A stretch of DNA of 64,000 nt from Candidatus Velthaea sp. Lineage in GTDB: Bacteria > Vulcanimicrobiota > Vulcanimicrobiia > Vulcanimicrobiales > Vulcanimicrobiaceae. A program made the translations under genes and the position numbers. The notes beneath the pieces were generated by a model. That model saw only the letters and a list, made by a program, of their open reading frames with translations, had not been told where the DNA came from and ran no database searches. The DNA lies in NCBI GenBank assembly GCA_965214935.1, contig CBDCCS010000002.1, positions 1 to 64,000 of the forward strand, written 5' to 3'. Shown here piece after piece: positions 20,228-31,463 of the stretch (the stretch's first letter is position 1; each line of letters opens with the position of its first letter).

Positions 20228-21832
20228 TCAGGCTGTGCCGGCGTGCGCAGGCACGTCGAGGCGCGCATGCATGTTCTTGAGATGATCGGCCAGCCGGATC
20301 GTCAGAGCAGCATTCGTCAACACGGGGTTCGCATAACCGGAAGCCGGAAACGTCGGACTGCCGGCGACGAACAATCCGGCGACGCCGTGGACGCGGGAAT
20401 TCGCATCGACGACACCATTGGCCGGATCGGCAGCCATACGAGTGGTTCCGAGCTGATGGAAATTATCCCATACCGGCCAAGCGCGAATATCTGTTGTCTC
20501 AAGCCACGGCTCAGCTTGAACCTTTCCGAGTCCGGCTCGACGGAACTGAGCATCGGCAGCGGCCGTAAGCGTTTTAAACGTCCGCGCCTCCGCATCGCCG
20601 ATCTTCCACTCGACGCGAGCACGCGGCATACCGAAGCGGTCTTTCGAATCGCCAAGAACGATGCGACTATCAGCATCAGGTGCCTGTTCGATCGTACACA
20701 TCAGCTCGATACGAGATGGTGTCGCTTTGGGCGAGCGGCCTAACACGTAACGACGAAAGCCGGCGTCGGCGATGTCAGCGCCACCGCGAACGAGCGTCGC
20801 TATTTGGCCGAGCGAGAACGGAAAACGGCCACCGGTACGCGTCACTCGCACCATCTCGCGTAAAATCTCGATTGCCGGAGAATCGTATTTGAACATGACG
20901 CAGGCAGCGCCGTTAAGGACTTGCGCTTCGCGCTGTAATTGCGGCGCCAGAGAAATTTTTGGCCAAAACCATGTCTTGCCACGAAAAAGTACACCGTATA
21001 AATCTTGGATACGGCGCGTTTCGTGCGGAACGACCTGCGCGGTATATGACGTCGGATGGTCTTGGAAATACCGTCCGACGAGGTCCCGGTCGTTTCCGAG
21101 TCCTTTTTCGGCCACTTCGCGGGATGCAAGCAACAGCCGCGCCGTATCGATCGTACCGGTACAAAGCACAAAGGTCCGTGCCTTAACCTGCGCGCGACGG
21201 CCATCGAAATCTTGGATGTCGATATGGGTTGCCTGTGAGCCGATTGCGTTGGTGCCGATGTTGGTTACCGTCGCGCCGACGATCAGGCGCAAGTTCGGTG
21301 CCTGCTCGAGAAGCTTACGATACACTTTGCCGATCCGCGGGGCCGGAGAAAACACCGAGAATGAGGTTCGCAACTGATCGGGATCGAGGCTTACCGCTTT
21401 CACGCCGAACCGGCCCCAGACGCTTTCATCATAGGCTTCGCCGCTGACCCCAAAAACGGATTCGGCTCGTCGATAGTACGGTTCGAGATCTGCGTAAGTT
21501 AAGGGCCAACCACTATGCGCGATCCACGGCCGCTGTTCAAAGTCGGCTCGGTCGAGTTCACAACATTGCCCGCCCCAAGCGGCCGTCGTTCCGCCTAGTC
21601 CACGCCGGCGACCGCCACGCAAGCCGCCGAAAGGAAAGCCGCTAACCTCGCCTTCATTGAGCTGCTCGAAGCGATCTTCAACGTCGAAATGTCCGCTCTC
21701 CAGCAGAACGGCATCGATGTGTGTACCCGCAAGCTCGCGCGCAAGAGTAATCCCAGATGCGCCCATTCCAACAATGCACACTTCGGCTTGCAAAACTGCG
21801 CCTGATTCGAGCTGTCTAAAATCTACGATCAT
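20228..21832 (-). CDS. GMC-family FAD oxidoreductase
   Basis: IVGMGASG, LLESG, GLGGTT..WGG, GRYFQDH, EQAP...SRI.L, HQLGTTRM, G.ANP.LT. Confidence 0.9.
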   Translation of the reverse strand: MIVDFRQLESGAVLQAEVCIVGMGASGITLARELAGTHIDAVLLESGHFDVEDRFEQLNEGEVSGFPFGGLRGGRRRGLGGTTAAWGGQCCELDRADFEQRPWIAHSGWPLTYADLEPYYRRAESVFGVSGEAYDESVWGRFGVKAVSLDPDQLRTSFSVFSPAPRIGKVYRKLLEQAPNLRLIVGATVTNIGTNAIGSQATHIDIQDFDGRRAQVKARTFVLCTGTIDTARLLLASREVAEKGLGNDRDLVGRYFQDHPTSYTAQVVPHETRRIQDLYGVLFRGKTWFWPKISLAPQLQREAQVLNGAACVMFKYDSPAIEILREMVRVTRTGGRFPFSLGQIATLVRGGADIADAGFRRYVLGRSPKATPSRIELMCTIEQAPDADSRIVLGDSKDRFGMPRARVEWKIGDAEARTFKTLTAAADAQFRRAGLGKVQAEPWLETTDIRAWPVWDNFHQLGTTRMAADPANGVVDANSRVHGVAGLFVAGSPTFPASGYANPVLTNAALTIRLADHLKNMHARLDVPAHAGTA

Positions 21833-21892
21833 AATGCCTCGCACGACAAGCCGCTTTTGGTTGCATCAAAACGGCTGCCACGCAGAAAAAAA

Positions 21893-23068
21893 CTACTTTT
21901 TGGCAACGGCACGAAAGAGGTCTTCAAGTTGCGTTGCATTGCGCGACGCGTTAAAGTACCGACTCGCACGCTCGCGAGAGTTTTCGCCTAGGCGCCGGCG
22001 CAAAGCTGAATCTTCAAGCAACGTTTCAATGCCTTGCGCTAAGCGCCGCGGATCGGCCGGCGGCACAAGCAATCCGGTTTGCCCATCGTCAATGAGTTCC
22101 GGAATAGCATTGATATTCGTTCCGATAGCCGGCACGCCCGCCGCCATTGCTTCAACGAAGACGAGGCCAAGCGCTTCGTTTTTCGTTGGTAACACAAAAA
22201 TATCCGCTGTTGCATATAAGGCCTTCCATTCGTTGGAATAGGCCGCAACATTTCGGTGCACGTAAATCTTCGGATGAACGGGAATATCTTTCGCATTGGT
22301 TACCAGGTGCAACTCAATATCACGATCGGCGAACCGCTTGCGGAAAACGTCGACGAGATCGAAGCCGCCTTTGCGATCGAAATCAGCGCCGATAAATAAA
22401 ATCTTTTGCATCTGAGCCAGCCGCTCGGAACGCAGTTGGGTCAAATCTTCGAAGTGATGAAGGTCCACCCCGGGTCGAATAACGTGTACTTTCTCGGGAG
22501 AAAGCCGATGCCCGTCTACAAGCGATTTTGCGGCCCAATTAGAAAACGCGACAACTGCCGCTGCACGTTTAAATGCTGCAAACTCCAAAAAACGGTCAGC
22601 ACGATGAGTCCAGGGTAGTTTCGGCTTTTCAGCGCCGAGTTGCATCGCCGTCTGATCGATTGAAATGACCGTCGGGATACGTTCCATATAATCTAGAGCT
22701 AACCAAGCCGCAGTCTGCGTATGAAAGTATAAGACGTCGATCGGACGGCGCTTCAGGCGACGCTGTACCAAACGGCGAGCAAACAGCGCATAGCCTAATC
22801 CCGCCCGAGCAAAATAGAGATCCGCGTTCGTCTTGTTGAACCATGACAGTGGAACGCGAAGGCGCAGCCCCTTGTTAATAATCCGTATGAGGAACTCGGG
22901 ATCGTCGTTCGTCCAACTCGACGAATAATCGATGTCGGGTTCGGCATCGAAGTGGTCGCGCAGCAACATTCCATACGTGCGGTGCCCCATCATCGGTAAG
23001 AGAAATGATGCGACGCGCAGCTTCGCACCATCGTTTGCCTGGACAGCGCCGATGCGCATCAATCCCAA
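21893..23068 (-). CDS. GT4 glycosyltransferase
   Basis: PGVD, RKG, ADIFVLP...EALGLVFVEAMAAGVP, GLLV. Confidence 0.92.
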   Translation of the reverse strand: MGLMRIGAVQANDGAKLRVASFLLPMMGHRTYGMLLRDHFDAEPDIDYSSSWTNDDPEFLIRIINKGLRLRVPLSWFNKTNADLYFARAGLGYALFARRLVQRRLKRRPIDVLYFHTQTAAWLALDYMERIPTVISIDQTAMQLGAEKPKLPWTHRADRFLEFAAFKRAAAVVAFSNWAAKSLVDGHRLSPEKVHVIRPGVDLHHFEDLTQLRSERLAQMQKILFIGADFDRKGGFDLVDVFRKRFADRDIELHLVTNAKDIPVHPKIYVHRNVAAYSNEWKALYATADIFVLPTKNEALGLVFVEAMAAGVPAIGTNINAIPELIDDGQTGLLVPPADPRRLAQGIETLLEDSALRRRLGENSRERASRYFNASRNATQLEDLFRAVAKK

Positions 23069-23412
23069 TTTATTATCCTTAGAGCTGCCTTATGCGACAT
23101 CATTTGCAACGCAGCAAGCAATTTCCCGGGACCTTCGCTAAACGCAAGAGCTTTTGCAGTGTCACCGTTCGACCGCGTGCGCGGTTACGCAAGGTTGCCG
23201 ACGCCGACGAAAGCGTGGGCTTCGCTCTCATCTTGAAACCGGCGCTCGGCGCTCACATCAGTATTGTGAAACCAAGGCGCCGGACCGTCGAGGGAAGACC
23301 GGCCGGACTGCTAATACAAGTTTGGGTTCTAAGTAAAGCCGGCCGAAGAAAGATCGTATGGCGCTCGAATTTCCGTGTAATCGTAAAGTATTGCCGAACA
23401 AAGCGTGTATAA

Positions 23413-24405
23413 ATGTTTGATGACGACGATTCGATCGAGAAACTTATCTCTATTTGCATACCGACGTACCGGCGTCCGACGCAATTATTGCATGCGATCC
23501 ATTCATGCGTGACGCAGACATATCGGCCGCTGGAAATTGAGATCGGCGACGACTCGCCGGATAATGACAGTGAACGGCTCGTCGAGTCGATCGTTCTTCC
23601 GACGGGCGTCTCCCTGCGCTACCGTCGCAACGTGCCAAGCTTGGGGCAAGCAGCAAATATCAATGCGCTTTTCGCTGCCGTCCGCGCGAAGTACGTCGTT
23701 GTCCTACACGACGACGATGTTCTCTTACCGCAAGCCATTTCGCAAATGCATGCTGTCCGGCAAAGGGAACCGCAAGCCGTCGCCGTGTATGGATGCCAAC
23801 AAGTTATCCACGAAAACGGGGAACGTAGTGAGTCGCTTAGCGAGGCGCTCAATATACGCTATCACCGAACGGCAACCGACGCCGGACCGCAACCCGACGC
23901 GCTTGTTGCCGCGTTCTTGCGCCAATTTCCGAACGACGGTTACATGATCGATGCAGACCGAGCCCGAGCCGTCGGTTTACGGTCGTTCGCAGAAGTCGGC
24001 GAGTCATGCGACACCGATTTCGGCATCCGGCTTGCAATGCAATCGGCGGCCGATTCATTCTTCTTCATCGATACGATGACCACGCAGTACCGGTTAAGTA
24101 CGAGCGGCTTAAGCGGGAGCCGAGATATCAGCTGGCGGTTCTACGATTATTTGCTGTCTCTGCCGAATCGGTTTACACCCGCACAGCAGGCGGCGCGCGA
24201 GACACTTCTCCGTGAAATCGCCGTTCAAGCGACCGTCGAGCATGCATTGCGCGGAAACCGCCGTTCAGCGTTCCGAATCATCTCTTCCGGCTTCTATCCT
24301 CGTCAACGCAAGGCCGGTCTGCTCAAACTCTTGTATCACCTTAGTCTCATCGCATTTCCACAGATCGATCTGCTCCGTCGCCGCACCCGCCGGACCATTA
24401 GTTGA
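23413..24405 (+). CDS. GT2 glycosyltransferase
   Basis: ISICIPTYRRP, GDDS, LHDDD. Confidence 0.9.
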   Translation: MFDDDDSIEKLISICIPTYRRPTQLLHAIHSCVTQTYRPLEIEIGDDSPDNDSERLVESIVLPTGVSLRYRRNVPSLGQAANINALFAAVRAKYVVVLHDDDVLLPQAISQMHAVRQREPQAVAVYGCQQVIHENGERSESLSEALNIRYHRTATDAGPQPDALVAAFLRQFPNDGYMIDADRARAVGLRSFAEVGESCDTDFGIRLAMQSAADSFFFIDTMTTQYRLSTSGLSGSRDISWRFYDYLLSLPNRFTPAQQAARETLLREIAVQATVEHALRGNRRSAFRIISSGFYPRQRKAGLLKLLYHLSLIAFPQIDLLRRRTRRTIS

Positions 24406-24764
24406 TCGGGCGGGAAAGAGCGTACGAGTCAAAGTTGAAGGTAAGCGGTCCTCTCAAATGCATAAGAACGCGTCCGTCTACGTAAGGCCAGCGATCTAGA
24501 GCACGAAGCGAGACTACGAGTTCCAAATAGCTAACTACGCTAGTTTGCAATGGCCGCTGATCGGTGCTTTACAAAATTAATCTTACCTCTAAGGAGCTTA
24601 TGAGAGCGTTACTTCTCGAAAGCATCAGCTCGGCATTGCCAGCTTTCTTGTTATCGAGCCGAGGCAAATTTATAGCCGCTTCTTATTTTGCAAGGATAGA
24701 TTGCTTCAAGATAGCGATGAGTCAAGCTACGCGGCTTACCTCAGCGTTCCTCGCACGGCCTAAG

Positions 24765-25961
24765 CTAGGATCCTAGAGCCAACTCGAGATCTCGCTCGAG
24801 TGCGCTCCATGAATAGCATTGCTCGACCAGCGCCAAGGCTTCGGTCAGTTGCGTCTTTCGAGCGTCATGGTCGGCGAGGAGCCTCAAAGCGCTTGCCGCC
24901 AACACGTCGCTCGTCTCGCCGAAAGAAATCTCTCGACCGGTAACCAGCGAGATACCTTCCGCGCCTTTCGCCGTCGAAACGACCGGTATGTTGGCCGCAA
25001 ACGCCTCGAGTATCTTGAGGCGCGTGCCGCCGCCGGAGCGTAACGGTAAGATCGAGACATCTGCGGCGGCGAGATACGGACGTATATCAGCGACGGCGTC
25101 GGTCACCAAAATCCGTGAATCGCGTGCTGCGGCGTCCACCATTGTCTTACTCGGCGAGGCACCCACGAGCAGCAAACGTGCATCCGGAACCTGCGCGGCT
25201 ATTAATGGAAAGATCTGCTCGATTAACTCTTGCGCTGCTTGCGCATTAGGTGCATACCGATAAAACCCGACATAGATGATCGTAGCGCCGTTTCGTTGCT
25301 GAGGAATCGGCGTCAGCGTCCCATCTCGCACACCAACGTAGCGCGTGACGTCTACACCGTTCGGCCATACGTGCGGGGCCGGCAAGCGTTTGTCAAGCCG
25401 AGCTAATTCGGCGACATCGTTCTCTCCGCAAACCCACACTCGCCGGACATTGCGCGCAAGCTGTCGTTCTCGGCGACGCCAGCGCCATAGGAGCAGCTCC
25501 CGGGCAAGCGGATTTCGAATCGCGCGTGCTTCCGTGCCTAGTAGCGATTCAATGTTATGCATATCGAGAACGAGGTTTGGGTGATTCTTAAGCGGCTCGG
25601 GAAGGCCGTTCTTCCAGTGCTCGAGTACAACGAGGTCGGGACCGAACCGAGTAACAGTGGCGCTTAACATCCGATCGATCATGGCAGTCGCGGCAATGCC
25701 GGCTATCGGATACGGGCGAGAACGTAATGCATTGACCATTCTCACGTTCAGCCCGGCCCGATCAACCGGGACATCTTCAACTCCGATATGCGTCCACTCA
25801 GCCACTACCGGCATCTCCAAGGCATCAGCTTCACTTGAACCGATTGAGAAAACCGCTACGGGCCCCTGCGTCGCAAATACATTCACGTTCTGCCAGGTTC
25901 GAAGAGGAGCGCCGCTACGCGGCGGATAGGGCGCGCCGTTTGAGACTAAAAGGGTCCGCAC
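24765..25961 (-). CDS. GT4 glycosyltransferase
   Basis: PYPP.SG, HNIES, PNGVD, PL.SGGGTRLKILEAFA...PVVST..GAEG. Confidence 0.92.
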   Translation of the reverse strand: MRTLLVSNGAPYPPRSGAPLRTWQNVNVFATQGPVAVFSIGSSEADALEMPVVAEWTHIGVEDVPVDRAGLNVRMVNALRSRPYPIAGIAATAMIDRMLSATVTRFGPDLVVLEHWKNGLPEPLKNHPNLVLDMHNIESLLGTEARAIRNPLARELLLWRWRRRERQLARNVRRVWVCGENDVAELARLDKRLPAPHVWPNGVDVTRYVGVRDGTLTPIPQQRNGATIIYVGFYRYAPNAQAAQELIEQIFPLIAAQVPDARLLLVGASPSKTMVDAAARDSRILVTDAVADIRPYLAAADVSILPLRSGGGTRLKILEAFAANIPVVSTAKGAEGISLVTGREISFGETSDVLAASALRLLADHDARKTQLTEALALVEQCYSWSALERDLELALGS

Positions 25962-26823
25962 GCCAAGTTTTGCGTTATTTTCGCGCTAGACTCCTTGCCG
26001 GGAAGCATGGAATTGTTAGCCTCCATTCGCAGGCATAATCAGACCTTACTTTCACGTGGTCACGTTTGGCTGAGTATCTCGAATACCATCCGAACCTCGT
26101 GAATTGATTTTGGCGACTGCCTATCGTAATGAACTAGGCTGTACTCGTCATCAGTTAAGCGCTGACATGCCGAAACAACTAATAGGTCTCCGTAGAATTA
26201 ATGATTTTTGCGTTAACGATCGCAACCAACAAACGTTTCATAGCGTGTTCTTCCTTTCAAAGCCGAGTGGAGGTGCGAGCAGCGGCGCCGGTTCCATCAA
26301 CATTCTTATAGACAAAATTTGGCGGATTCCGGCTTTGAGAATTAGTAGCTTCTCATGCGTAATTACTAGTAAATCGATGGTCGCCAAATTCCGTTCGTCG
26401 GTCGAATCGCGCGCCTCGCACAGCGAAGCGCGAATGCTTCGAATCGTTCTTAGTGAATGTTCGTCGCTTGAGCAGAGTCGAGCGCATCTAGTGCGGACGC
26501 AGGCATAGCTCGCTACATGTAACCGGTTCGGGGTTCGGACGTTGGTGTCGCCGGGACGCTGGTATACGCCGGTACCATTTAGGGCTATGCGCATAGCTTA
26601 TCGAGGTATCGGACATTGTGGGCATTCTTATGCCTACAATTAGGATATCTATGCGCAATTAGCCGTAAGGCTCGGCACGAAGTGTGATCGTGCCCGCAAA
26701 ATAAAAAATAGCGAAGAATTAATCGAAAGTTTCGTTTAGGCCTGACGATAACTGACATAGCCGCCAGAAACGCTTTGATCGTTTCGGCCAAACTACCTAC
26801 GTTTAGTGGGAGGGAATTTCATT

Positions 26824-28962
26824 ATGTCTCTACGTCAGTTGAATACACTTAAGGGAGTTGGTGCGCTGCTCATCAGTGCGCTCATGACAGGGTGCGGCGC
26901 TGGAAGCAACGTCAGTTCGTTACCGGTAAGTCAATCAACATCAACGGCATCGGCTCCGGTCATTCCGATCGCAGCGACGGGTCATTCCGTTGCAAGCACC
27001 GGCGCGACCCGCAAGCCGCTCGTAGCCGGCAACGTTTATCCGACAGCAGTGTTGGGCGATTCGCCGCTAGCATATTACCAAATGAACGATTCGTCAACGA
27101 CGCTTAGCGACACCGGACCGAATTCGATCGCCGGAACGTACGGCAGCGCGGTTAGCTTAGGCAGTGCGGCGATAACGACCGGTGGCGGAACGGCAGCAAC
27201 TTTCCCCGGCGGCAGCACGTACAACCCGAACGGCTTTGCTTCTACGCCCGTCAATACAATGCTGCAGCCGGCAACACTGACGCTCGAGGCGTGGGTAAAA
27301 TTAAATACCGCGAATAAGACGAGTCACGATTTGCCGATCGTCGGCTACGGCGATCTCCTACGTGGAATTCGCTACGGCTTGTACGATCATGGCATCGGCG
27401 GCGGCGATACGTTCTCATACGTTCAACATAATGTCGGCCAGGCGAATCAGATTTACGTTTACGGTCATACAAAACTCGCCCTCGGCGTGACCTATCACCT
27501 CGTTGCGGTCTTTGACGGCTCGACGGTTACAACGTACGTTAACGGCGTCATGGACCAGCGTGTGAACGCCCCGGGCGCGATCGACTATCCGGCTTCGGTC
27601 ATTCATACCGGTTTACAAATCGGCGGTAATGTTGCGAACGCTCAGTGGGGATACGCATCGTTCGGCGGGACGGTCGCACAAGTCGCGTTGTATAGCCAAC
27701 CGCTTTCAGGCGCGCAAGTAACGAACCACTTCCTGGCCGGCCAAATCGTCCCAATGGTCACCGAAGACGCGTCAAGCTCCGACAGTTTCGTCGACTCGAT
27801 CGGCTTAAACGCTCACTTCGAGAATCCGGGCACGACGTATGCCACGCAATACCCTGCGGTGAAAAACTTGCTCGTTGCTAGCGGCATCCGGCACATCCGC
27901 GTCGGCATGACTTTCAACAACGGAGACTTCCTGTCGGAAATGCAAGACTTGGCAGCTTCCGGCGTGCATGGTTCATACGTAACCCAACTCGGCTTTACGC
28001 AGGATCAGATTACGCAGTTTCCGAGCCTCGTCGGCTCTTCACTCGAGCAATACGAAGCTCCGAACGAACAAGATGAGTCCGGCGATCCGAACTGGGCCGC
28101 AAACTGCATTGCCTATCAACAAAATCTCTACAGCTGGGTGAAGAGCAATCCGGCCACCGCAAATTTGACGGTGCTTGGTCCGGCCCTCTCGAACCGGCAA
28201 GCCTTTAGCCAGGTCGGCGATATCAGCGCCTATATGGACAATGCAAATATTCACGACTATCTCAGTGTCTTCGAGCCGGGAACGACCGGCTGGGGCGGCC
28301 TGTATCCGCCCTTCGGTTACTATGGTGCGATCAGCTATAACGTGAATCTCGCCAAAGTAACGAGCGCCAATAAACCGGTCGAAGCGACCGAAACGGGCTA
28401 CGGAACGATCGCCGGCAATCCGCTGACCCTTGACTACCGCGCTGACATGCGTTACATGTCACGGCTCTTCTTCCAACAATTCAACAATGGCATCAAGCGC
28501 TCGTACTCATACGAGATGCTCGATGAGGGCGGCGACGCGGTGTTTGCCAACTTCGGCATCGTACAAGCGAATTTACAGCCCAAACCTGCTTACACGGCAA
28601 TCAAATCTCTCATCGCAGCGCTCAAAGACCCGGGCACATCCGTCCCGACCAAGCCGTTAACGTATAACATAACCGGCTTCAACAACAACGTACAGCACAC
28701 ACTTCTTCAGAAGCGTGACGGCAGCTATGTTATGGCGATCTGGATCGAATCGCCCGCTTGGAATACGGTCAATAATGCCGGTGGCGACATCGTCGTCGCG
28801 CCGCAGACGGTGACGATCTCCACTTCCAACGCGCTCAATCATGCATCGCTGGCCTCAATGGATGAGAATGGTAACATGACCTCCGCACCGGTTGCTTGGA
28901 ATAATCAAAGTGGTGCGATCACGGTCACCGATAAAGTATCACTTCTAACGATGACTCCGTAG
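26824..28962 (+). CDS. Lipoprotein with LamG/ConA-like domain and clan GH-A (GH39/GH5-like) glycoside hydrolase domain
   Basis: Lipobox LMTG-C; LamG-like TLEAWVK...YHLVAVFDG...YVNG...IGG; GH-A-like DSIGLNAH, PNE, NIHDY, TETGY, YEMLD, FGIV...PKPAY. Confidence 0.78.
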   Translation: MSLRQLNTLKGVGALLISALMTGCGAGSNVSSLPVSQSTSTASAPVIPIAATGHSVASTGATRKPLVAGNVYPTAVLGDSPLAYYQMNDSSTTLSDTGPNSIAGTYGSAVSLGSAAITTGGGTAATFPGGSTYNPNGFASTPVNTMLQPATLTLEAWVKLNTANKTSHDLPIVGYGDLLRGIRYGLYDHGIGGGDTFSYVQHNVGQANQIYVYGHTKLALGVTYHLVAVFDGSTVTTYVNGVMDQRVNAPGAIDYPASVIHTGLQIGGNVANAQWGYASFGGTVAQVALYSQPLSGAQVTNHFLAGQIVPMVTEDASSSDSFVDSIGLNAHFENPGTTYATQYPAVKNLLVASGIRHIRVGMTFNNGDFLSEMQDLAASGVHGSYVTQLGFTQDQITQFPSLVGSSLEQYEAPNEQDESGDPNWAANCIAYQQNLYSWVKSNPATANLTVLGPALSNRQAFSQVGDISAYMDNANIHDYLSVFEPGTTGWGGLYPPFGYYGAISYNVNLAKVTSANKPVEATETGYGTIAGNPLTLDYRADMRYMSRLFFQQFNNGIKRSYSYEMLDEGGDAVFANFGIVQANLQPKPAYTAIKSLIAALKDPGTSVPTKPLTYNITGFNNNVQHTLLQKRDGSYVMAIWIESPAWNTVNNAGGDIVVAPQTVTISTSNALNHASLASMDENGNMTSAPVAWNNQSGAITVTDKVSLLTMTP

Positions 28963-28978
28963 TTCCATAGAACGAAAT

Positions 28979-29010
28979 CCTCCGGTACGAGTGACTACTT
29001 GTGCCGGAGG
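28979..29010 (+). terminator. Stem-loop downstream of the first hydrolase gene
   Basis: CCTCCGGTACGAGT-gact-ACTTGTGCCGGAGG (includes G-U pairs); no U tract. Confidence 0.5.
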
Positions 29011-29063
29011 GCGGTTAAGCGGCGAGAAACAGTTACGTTCGAGTTCGCATAAACAGCAGCAAG

Positions 29064-29108
29064 AAGCCCGACTGTAAAGCGCTAAGTGCTTTACAGTCGG
29101 GCTTTTGT
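29064..29108 (+). terminator. Intrinsic terminator
   Basis: Perfect 17-bp inverted repeat AAGCCCGACTGTAAAGC / GCTTTACAGTCGGGCTT followed by TTGT. Confidence 0.75.
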
Positions 29109-29271
29109 GCGTAAAGCGAGATAACGCACACTTTTCGGTATGTGAGCTAAGTCGCTTCTGCAATCAATTCGACGAAAACACAAAAGCTTTTTAACACGCA
29201 GAACGACAACGTATACGACGCTCGTACCACTCGTTAGATACATTCGAGCACTGTAATAAAGGACAGCTTTT

Positions 29272-31419
29272 TTGTTTAAGTGCCTTGGCTTGCCGGCGCC
29301 GCTCTTGTGCGGCGCTCTTGCTTCATTGAGTTTTGCTTTAAGCGCCTGCGGCGGAAGCAGCTCGATCCCGACAGCGCCGATTTCAAGCGATCGATCGATA
29401 GCGTCGATGCCGTCCGGCACAAACACCATTGCGCAGAGCAGCATCGCCGGGCTGCAATTTCCCGACGGCGGCGACGGCAGCGCTTACGCAGCAACGGTAC
29501 TTGCCGATAAGCCGCTCGCGTATTACGAACTCAACGACGCATCCTCAATCTTGCAAGATTCGAGCGCGACGCGCCTGGCCGGCACGTACGGCAATGCCGT
29601 TACACGGCGAATGCCGAGCATCACGAACGGCACGCCGAATGCTGCTGCGTTTCCCGGCGGCTCAACGTACAATGCGAACGGCTTCGCCTATACTCGTGTC
29701 GCGCATCAGCTTCAACCCGCAACGCTAACGCTCGAAGCCTGGGTGAAAATCAAGGCGCGTAATACCAACAGCCACGATGTTCCGATCGCAGGCTACGGCG
29801 ATCTCGGCCGCGGCATTCGATACGGCCTGTACGTGCATGGTCTTACCGGCGGAAACACCTTTGCATACGTGCAACACAACACCGGACAAGCGAATCAGTT
29901 GTATGTCTACGGCAAAACCCGTCTTGTCGACGGTCTCATTTACCACATTGTTGCCGCCTTTGACGGTACACGTGTAACAACATATGTCAACGGCGTCGTC
30001 GATCAGCAGATCGATGCACCCGGTACGATCGCTTACCCGGCCGACGACATCCACAACGGCTTGCAGATCGGCGGCAATTTCGGCTCGTCGGAATACGGCG
30101 ACGCCTCGTTCAACGGTACGATCGGGCAAGTCGCGGTTTATAATGGCGCGCTTTCTGCAGCGCGCATACAAAGCCACTTCCTTGCTGGACAAATTGTTCC
30201 GCTCGAGACGGATACGCCCGCGAATGCCGATGCGTTTGTCGACTCGATCGGCATCAATGCACATTTTGAGGACAGTTCGTCGGAGTATGCAAAGAAGTAC
30301 GAAGCCGTTAAAAACGTTCTTATTGCTAGCGGAATCCGGCACATTCGCGTCGGCATGACCTTCAACAACGGCGACTTCCTCAATGAAATGAAGGAGCTTG
30401 CGGGCTACGGCATTCACGGTTCCTATATAACGCCGTCTACTTTCACAAAAAGCCAAATCACTCGATTCCCGAGCTTAGTCGGCGCGTCGTTCGAGCAGTA
30501 CGAACCACCCAACGAGCAGGACGATGTCGGAAATCCGGACTGGCTGGGAACCTGCAAAACATTCCAGAAAAATTTGTACACCTGGGTCAAAAGCGATCCG
30601 GCAACCGCACGTTTTGCGGTGCTCGCGCCGCCGCTGGCAAATCGACAATCGTATAGCGAACTCGGCGACATCAGCGCTTACGCGGATTACGGCAATTTTC
30701 ACGACTACTTTGGGGCATTTAACCCGGGAACGCCCGGCTGGGGCGGCGATTACCCGCCCTACGGTTATTACGGCAGCATCAGCTACAATGTCAATCTCGC
30801 CCGTGTCGTGGCCGGCAAAAAGCCGCTCATGTCAACGGAAACCGGCTATGGGACCATTGCCGGCAACCCGCTGACGCTCGACTACCGGACTGACCTGCGC
30901 TACATGACCCGTTTATTCTTCGAGCAATTCAACGGCGGCGTAACCCGTTCGTACTCGTATGAATTGCTGGATCAAGGCGGCGATGCAGTCTTCGCAAACT
31001 TTGGCATCGTGCAGACGGATTTGCAACCGAAACCCGCCTACACGGCGATTAAATCACTCATTAGCGAACTTAAAGATCCCGGACCCCATTTCTCAACGAC
31101 GCCGCGCACGTTCAAGCTAAGCGGCTTCAACGAAAACGTGCACCACACGCTTTTAGAGAAGCGCGATGGAACATACATCCTCGCGATGTGGATCGAACAG
31201 CCGGGTTGGAATACGGTTGATAATCGCGGCGGCGACGTCGTCATCGCACCGCAGACCGTAACCGTCACGGCAACCGACAATGTCACAAATTCGACGTTGG
31301 TAACACTCGATGAATCCGGACATGCAATCCGCCAATCGCTCGAATGGCACGACCGCAGCGCGAGTATGACGCTCACCGACAAGATCTCATTGCTTGAGAT
31401 CGGGCGTTCGGCGAGATGA
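29272..31419 (+). CDS. Second LamG + GH-A lipoprotein (tandem paralog)
   Basis: Lipobox LSA-C; same motifs as 26824-28962, with long near-identical stretches (SGIRHIRVGMTFNNGDFL, TETGYGTIAGNPLTLDYR). Confidence 0.78.
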   Translation: MFKCLGLPAPLLCGALASLSFALSACGGSSSIPTAPISSDRSIASMPSGTNTIAQSSIAGLQFPDGGDGSAYAATVLADKPLAYYELNDASSILQDSSATRLAGTYGNAVTRRMPSITNGTPNAAAFPGGSTYNANGFAYTRVAHQLQPATLTLEAWVKIKARNTNSHDVPIAGYGDLGRGIRYGLYVHGLTGGNTFAYVQHNTGQANQLYVYGKTRLVDGLIYHIVAAFDGTRVTTYVNGVVDQQIDAPGTIAYPADDIHNGLQIGGNFGSSEYGDASFNGTIGQVAVYNGALSAARIQSHFLAGQIVPLETDTPANADAFVDSIGINAHFEDSSSEYAKKYEAVKNVLIASGIRHIRVGMTFNNGDFLNEMKELAGYGIHGSYITPSTFTKSQITRFPSLVGASFEQYEPPNEQDDVGNPDWLGTCKTFQKNLYTWVKSDPATARFAVLAPPLANRQSYSELGDISAYADYGNFHDYFGAFNPGTPGWGGDYPPYGYYGSISYNVNLARVVAGKKPLMSTETGYGTIAGNPLTLDYRTDLRYMTRLFFEQFNGGVTRSYSYELLDQGGDAVFANFGIVQTDLQPKPAYTAIKSLISELKDPGPHFSTTPRTFKLSGFNENVHHTLLEKRDGTYILAMWIEQPGWNTVDNRGGDVVIAPQTVTVTATDNVTNSTLVTLDESGHAIRQSLEWHDRSASMTLTDKISLLEIGRSAR

Positions 31420-31425
31420 CACGGT

Positions 31426-31461
31426 GCAAGCAGCGGCAGTTCTCTTACTGCCGCCGCTTGC
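31426..31461. terminator. Hairpin between convergent genes
   Basis: GCAAGCAGCGGCAGT-loop-ACTGCCGCCGCTTGC. Confidence 0.6.
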
Positions 31462-31463
31462 GT

